Of a stretch of DNA of 64,000 bases, positions 60,619-64,000 are shown piece after piece. Made by a program: the position numbers and the translations under genes. The DNA comes from an uncultured delta proteobacterium (GTDB lineage: Bacteria; Desulfobacterota; Desulfobacteria; Desulfobacterales; UBA2156). The notes beneath the pieces are model-generated. The model was not told the DNA's origin. It saw only the letters and a program-made list of their open reading frames with translations, and made no database searches. The stretch lies in assembly GCA_963736855.1 (NCBI GenBank), contig CAVTQK010000024.1:64001-128000 (forward strand), written 5' to 3'. Position 1 is the stretch's first letter, and each line of letters begins with the position of its first letter.

Positions 60619-62007
60619 TTGGAAATAAAAAAAGGGAAAATAGTCGAGCTTGATATTGTGGCCATGGCCTTCGGCGGTCGTGGGATCGGCCGCATCGACG
60701 GTTTGGTGGTGTTTGTGGATCATGTTGTTCCGGGTGATCGGGCGCGGGTTGGCATCATCAAGAAGCGCAGCAGCTATGCCGAAGCCCGGCTAGTGGAGCT
60801 CCTTTCCCCCTCTGAGTATCGAACCGATCCTCCCTGTCCATACGCCGGTTTTTGCGGGGGATGCAGTTGGCAACACATCCGATACGATCAGCAGCTCGGA
60901 TATAAACGTCAGCATATCACCGATTCCCTGGAGCGGATCGCCGGTCTTTTTCAGGTCACGGTGCATCCGGTGCTCCCGTCGGTGCGTATTTATGGATATC
61001 GGAATAAGATGGAATTTTCCTGCTCCGACCGAAGATGGCTTTTACCCGAAGAGATGGATAGGCCGGTGGGCCGAACCGATTTTGCCCTTGGGCTTCATAT
61101 TCCCGGGACTTTCAATAGGATCATCGATATCCAAAGATGCCTCCTTCAGCCGGAAGCCGGAAACGCTATTGTAGGCACGGTTCGTTCCCTTATCATGAAT
61201 TCTGGGCTTCCTCCTTATGGCCTGAAGAGCCATGTCGGTTTCTGGCGCTTCGTGATGCTGCGCCATTCCGAAACCCATGATCGGTGGATGGTAAACCTCG
61301 TCACGGCATCGGAGGATCTTGAAAAGATGCATCCGGTGGCCGACCGTCTGGTTAGGCAACACCCCGAAATCCTTTCCGTGGTCAACAACATTACTGCAAA
61401 AAAGGCAGGAATCGCCGTGGGGGAACGGGAAATTCCTCTTGCCGGCCCATCGAAAATTTCGGATCGCCTGGGACCTTATGATTTCCGGATTTCGGCAAAT
61501 TCTTTTTTCCAGGTGAATCCTTCAAGTGCCTGGACGCTTTTCAGTACGGCCAAACGATACGCACAACTCACCGGCACCGAAACCGTCCTGGATCTTTACA
61601 GCGGCACCGGGGCCATCGCCATCGCTCTCTCCGGGAGTGCCCGATCCGTCATCGGGATGGAGATCGTATCGAGTGCCGTAGAAGATGCACAGGAAAATTG
61701 CCGGATTAATGGGATTGCGAACTGCCGGTTTCTCTGTGGGGATATTCTGGATCTGATCCCCAGGATGGAAAAGCGGCCTGACGTGGTTGTCATCGACCCT
61801 CCCCGGGCCGGGATGCATCCGAAGTCCGTGGCAAAGATCCTGGAGCTCAAACCTGAACGGATGGTTTATGTTTCCTGCAACCCGGCGACCCTGGCCAGAG
61901 ACCTTAGCCTCATGAAGGAATCCTATGGTGTTTTAGAGGTCCAGCCGGTAGACATGTTTCCCCATACCCCCCATATCGAGGCAGTTGCGAAACTGGAAAG
62001 AAGATGA
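60619..62007 (+). CDS. rlmD: 23S rRNA (uracil-1939-C5)-methyltransferase
   Basis: TRAM domain, CPYAGFCGGC, YRNKMEF, SFFQVN, DPPRAG, YVSCNP, DMFPHT. Confidence 0.94.
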   Translation: MEIKKGKIVELDIVAMAFGGRGIGRIDGLVVFVDHVVPGDRARVGIIKKRSSYAEARLVELLSPSEYRTDPPCPYAGFCGGCSWQHIRYDQQLGYKRQHITDSLERIAGLFQVTVHPVLPSVRIYGYRNKMEFSCSDRRWLLPEEMDRPVGRTDFALGLHIPGTFNRIIDIQRCLLQPEAGNAIVGTVRSLIMNSGLPPYGLKSHVGFWRFVMLRHSETHDRWMVNLVTASEDLEKMHPVADRLVRQHPEILSVVNNITAKKAGIAVGEREIPLAGPSKISDRLGPYDFRISANSFFQVNPSSAWTLFSTAKRYAQLTGTETVLDLYSGTGAIAIALSGSARSVIGMEIVSSAVEDAQENCRINGIANCRFLCGDILDLIPRMEKRPDVVVIDPPRAGMHPKSVAKILELKPERMVYVSCNPATLARDLSLMKESYGVLEVQPVDMFPHTPHIEAVAKLERR

Positions 62008-62930
62008 AACCGGAAGAACAAAAGCGGACAATGGTCGGCATTGCCAGCCTTGTGGGGGCCTTCCTGATCTGGGGCACCAGCCCTATCTATTTCAAGTGGC
62101 TCAAAGTGGTCCCTCCCTTTGAAATCCTGATGCACCGAATGATCTGGTCATTTGTGTTTCTGATGCCTTTGGTCCTTCTCTTAGGTCAATGGCGTGAATT
62201 TCTGTATGCTTTAAAAAATCGTTTCACTCTTGGAATCCTTTTAGGAACGACCCTTTTGGTTTCTGTGAATTGGTTTTTGTTTATCTGGGCCATCAACAAC
62301 GATCAGATTCTGCAGACGAGCTTGGGGTATTACATCAATCCGCTCGTCAATGTCCTTTTAGGAAGGATTTTTTTAAAAGAAAGGCTCAGATCGGCACAGA
62401 GGGCAGCGGTTATCTTGGCCGCTTTGGGGGTCGGATATTTGACGGTTCAATTCGGACAGGTCCCTTGGATTTCTTTAGCCCTGGCTTTGACTTTCGGCTT
62501 TTACGGACTGATCCGCAAGGTGGCGCCTGTGGGGGCACTGGTGGGACTGACTCTGGAGACGCTTTTAATGTGCGGCCCTGCTCTGACATATCTTTTTTAT
62601 ATAAATACCAATGGCGGCGGCGCCTTTTTCAGAACAGGAACTCGAATTGATTTGCTTCTTATGGCCGCCGCCCTGGTGACGGCCTTTCCCCTTCTTCTTT
62701 TCACCGAAGGGGCGAGGCGGATCCACTTTTCCACGGTGGGGATCCTGCAGTACCTGGCGCCGAGCTGCACCTTTATCCTTGCGGTCTTCATTTACGGAGA
62801 GCCGTTTTCAGTGGCGAAGTTGTGGACGTTTATCCTGATCTGGATCGCTTTGATCATCTATTCCACCGATTCGATCCTGAATTTCCGCAAGCACGGATTC
62901 GAACCCCGGCAAAGTCCACAAAAAAGATAG
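62004..62930 (+). CDS. rarD: EamA family transporter RarD
   Basis: EILMHRMIWS, SLGYYINPL, FGFYGLIRK, GILQYLAP. Confidence 0.93.
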   Translation: MKPEEQKRTMVGIASLVGAFLIWGTSPIYFKWLKVVPPFEILMHRMIWSFVFLMPLVLLLGQWREFLYALKNRFTLGILLGTTLLVSVNWFLFIWAINNDQILQTSLGYYINPLVNVLLGRIFLKERLRSAQRAAVILAALGVGYLTVQFGQVPWISLALALTFGFYGLIRKVAPVGALVGLTLETLLMCGPALTYLFYINTNGGGAFFRTGTRIDLLLMAAALVTAFPLLLFTEGARRIHFSTVGILQYLAPSCTFILAVFIYGEPFSVAKLWTFILIWIALIIYSTDSILNFRKHGFEPRQSPQKR

Positions 62931-62934
62931 GGTG

Positions 62935-64000
62935 TCACATTACGACGGCATTGATAAAAAGATGCACGAGGATAGCGGCGGCATACCCCAGAGCGATCAC
63001 TGGAGTCCAAATGAGGTGAGAGCCGAAGGTATAAATGCCTCTCGCTGTCCCTAAAAGACCCACACCGGCGGCGGATCCGATGGCAAGTAAACTGCCACCT
63101 GTTCCTGTAGTCAGAGTGATCAGAAGCCATTGCCCCGTGGACATGGAAGGATCCATGGTCAAGACGGCGTACATTACCGGGATATTGTCCACCACGGCTG
63201 AAAGCAATCCCACGAGGATATTGGCAATGGTGGGACCCAAGCCCGTGTACATGAGGTTGGAAATCAGGCTAAGATAGCCGAATTCGGCCAAACCCCCCAC
63301 GCATAAGATTACGCCGTAGAAAAACAGCAGGGTATCCCACTCGGCGCGGGCGATCCGTTTCATCAGGTCGAAATGCTCCGCCATCTTTTTTTGCTCGGTG
63401 CAATCCTGAATGATCTCGATGGCGCCGATGACTTGGCCTTTTCCATCTTTGACGGGTGCGGCGGTGAACCCGAGCCATTTCCCGTCTTTTCCGAGGGTCG
63501 GGAAGAAGTCCGCGGCATCATAGGCTTCTTCGGCCAGGGGGCTGATGCGGTGCTTGCCCTCATAAAATTTGCCGATCTGGACCTCGGGCATACTGTCCAG
63601 AACCAGGTCCGCCAGGGCAGGGCGTTTGCTCTTGTAAAAAGGGGACCACGTCAGATTCGTCCCGGCCCGTTCGGAAGCCGAAACACCCGTCAATTCCTCC
63701 ATCCCCTTATTCCATACGGTGATCTTGTGATCCCGGCCGATCATAAATGCCGGCATGGGGATTTTTTCGATGACTTGGCCCACATCTTCCCCGTATTTCC
63801 GCAAAAGGCGCAAAGGGTTTAGACTTTCGTCGGGTCGGGCTCCCAGGATGGGGTCATAGCGATAAAGGCGGCCTTCCTGTTGTTTGACGTGGTGGCTTAA
63901 AACCCCTAAAAATCCGAGTCCCAGCATCATTCCTGCTGCAGGGGGGAGATGCAGGAAGTGATGAAAACAGACTGCCGTGGCGATAGTCAGGATAAAGAGC
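62935..64000 (-). CDS. nhaD: NhaD-type Na+/H+ antiporter (5' part outside window) carrying an internal PAS domain
   Basis: Open frame to window edge LFILTIATAVCFHHFLHLPPAAGMMLGLG; EWDTLLFFYG, SAVVDNIP, GGSLLAIGSAAG; PAS-like segment at about 63382-63783. Confidence 0.85.
   Translation of the reverse strand, partial: LFILTIATAVCFHHFLHLPPAAGMMLGLGFLGVLSHHVKQQEGRLYRYDPILGARPDESLNPLRLLRKYGEDVGQVIEKIPMPAFMIGRDHKITVWNKGMEELTGVSASERAGTNLTWSPFYKSKRPALADLVLDSMPEVQIGKFYEGKHRISPLAEEAYDAADFFPTLGKDGKWLGFTAAPVKDGKGQVIGAIEIIQDCTEQKKMAEHFDLMKRIARAEWDTLLFFYGVILCVGGLAEFGYLSLISNLMYTGLGPTIANILVGLLSAVVDNIPVMYAVLTMDPSMSTGQWLLITLTTGTGGSLLAIGSAAGVGLLGTARGIYTFGSHLIWTPVIALGYAAAILVHLFINAVVM

Overview
Bacterial chromosomal window, most likely from a Desulfobacterota (Desulfobacterales-like) deltaproteobacterium; this is inferred from gene content and protein style, not from a search. 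The left third (about 0.6-20.3 kb) is a visibly AT-richer surface-glycan / type IV pilus locus. It has a + strand sugar-tailoring cassette (WbpB-WbpD-like fusion, GT4, two SAM methyltransferases, B12 radical SAM, UPF0104 membrane protein). This converges on a - strand block: pilR, two tandem type IVa pilins each with its own sigma54/IHF/UAS promoter and terminator, a tight operon of TMTC-like GT-C + VKOR-DsbA + ArnT/PMT-like GT-C + second TMTC-like GT-C + GT9, then a polyprenol-phosphate-sugar-synthase-like GT2. Three genes in that block carry +1 frameshifts. The rest is mostly housekeeping: pyrBC, lepB, pgpA, leuS, lptE, rpsT, murJ, ftsB, coaBC, UDG, nfeD-stomatin, xerC, argBDFGH, lysA, dapF, dapL, folK, pgsA, tRNA-Gly, tRNA-Cys, DsrE2-like, GAF kinase, MacAB-like ABC exporter, CAP protein, cinA, amidohydrolase, rlmD, rarD. 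A 153-bp MITE family with 6-bp target duplications occurs in several copies, one fused to a second 190-bp palindromic MITE. Best novelty candidates: (1) a putative pilin-dedicated TMTC-type O-glycosylation plus disulfide-formation system whose pilins carry a cadherin-G-strand-like ITITVTD motif; (2) an NhaD-type Na+/H+ antiporter with a PAS domain inserted in an internal loop; (3) the MITE families. No CRISPR array, rRNA or transposase gene was seen.
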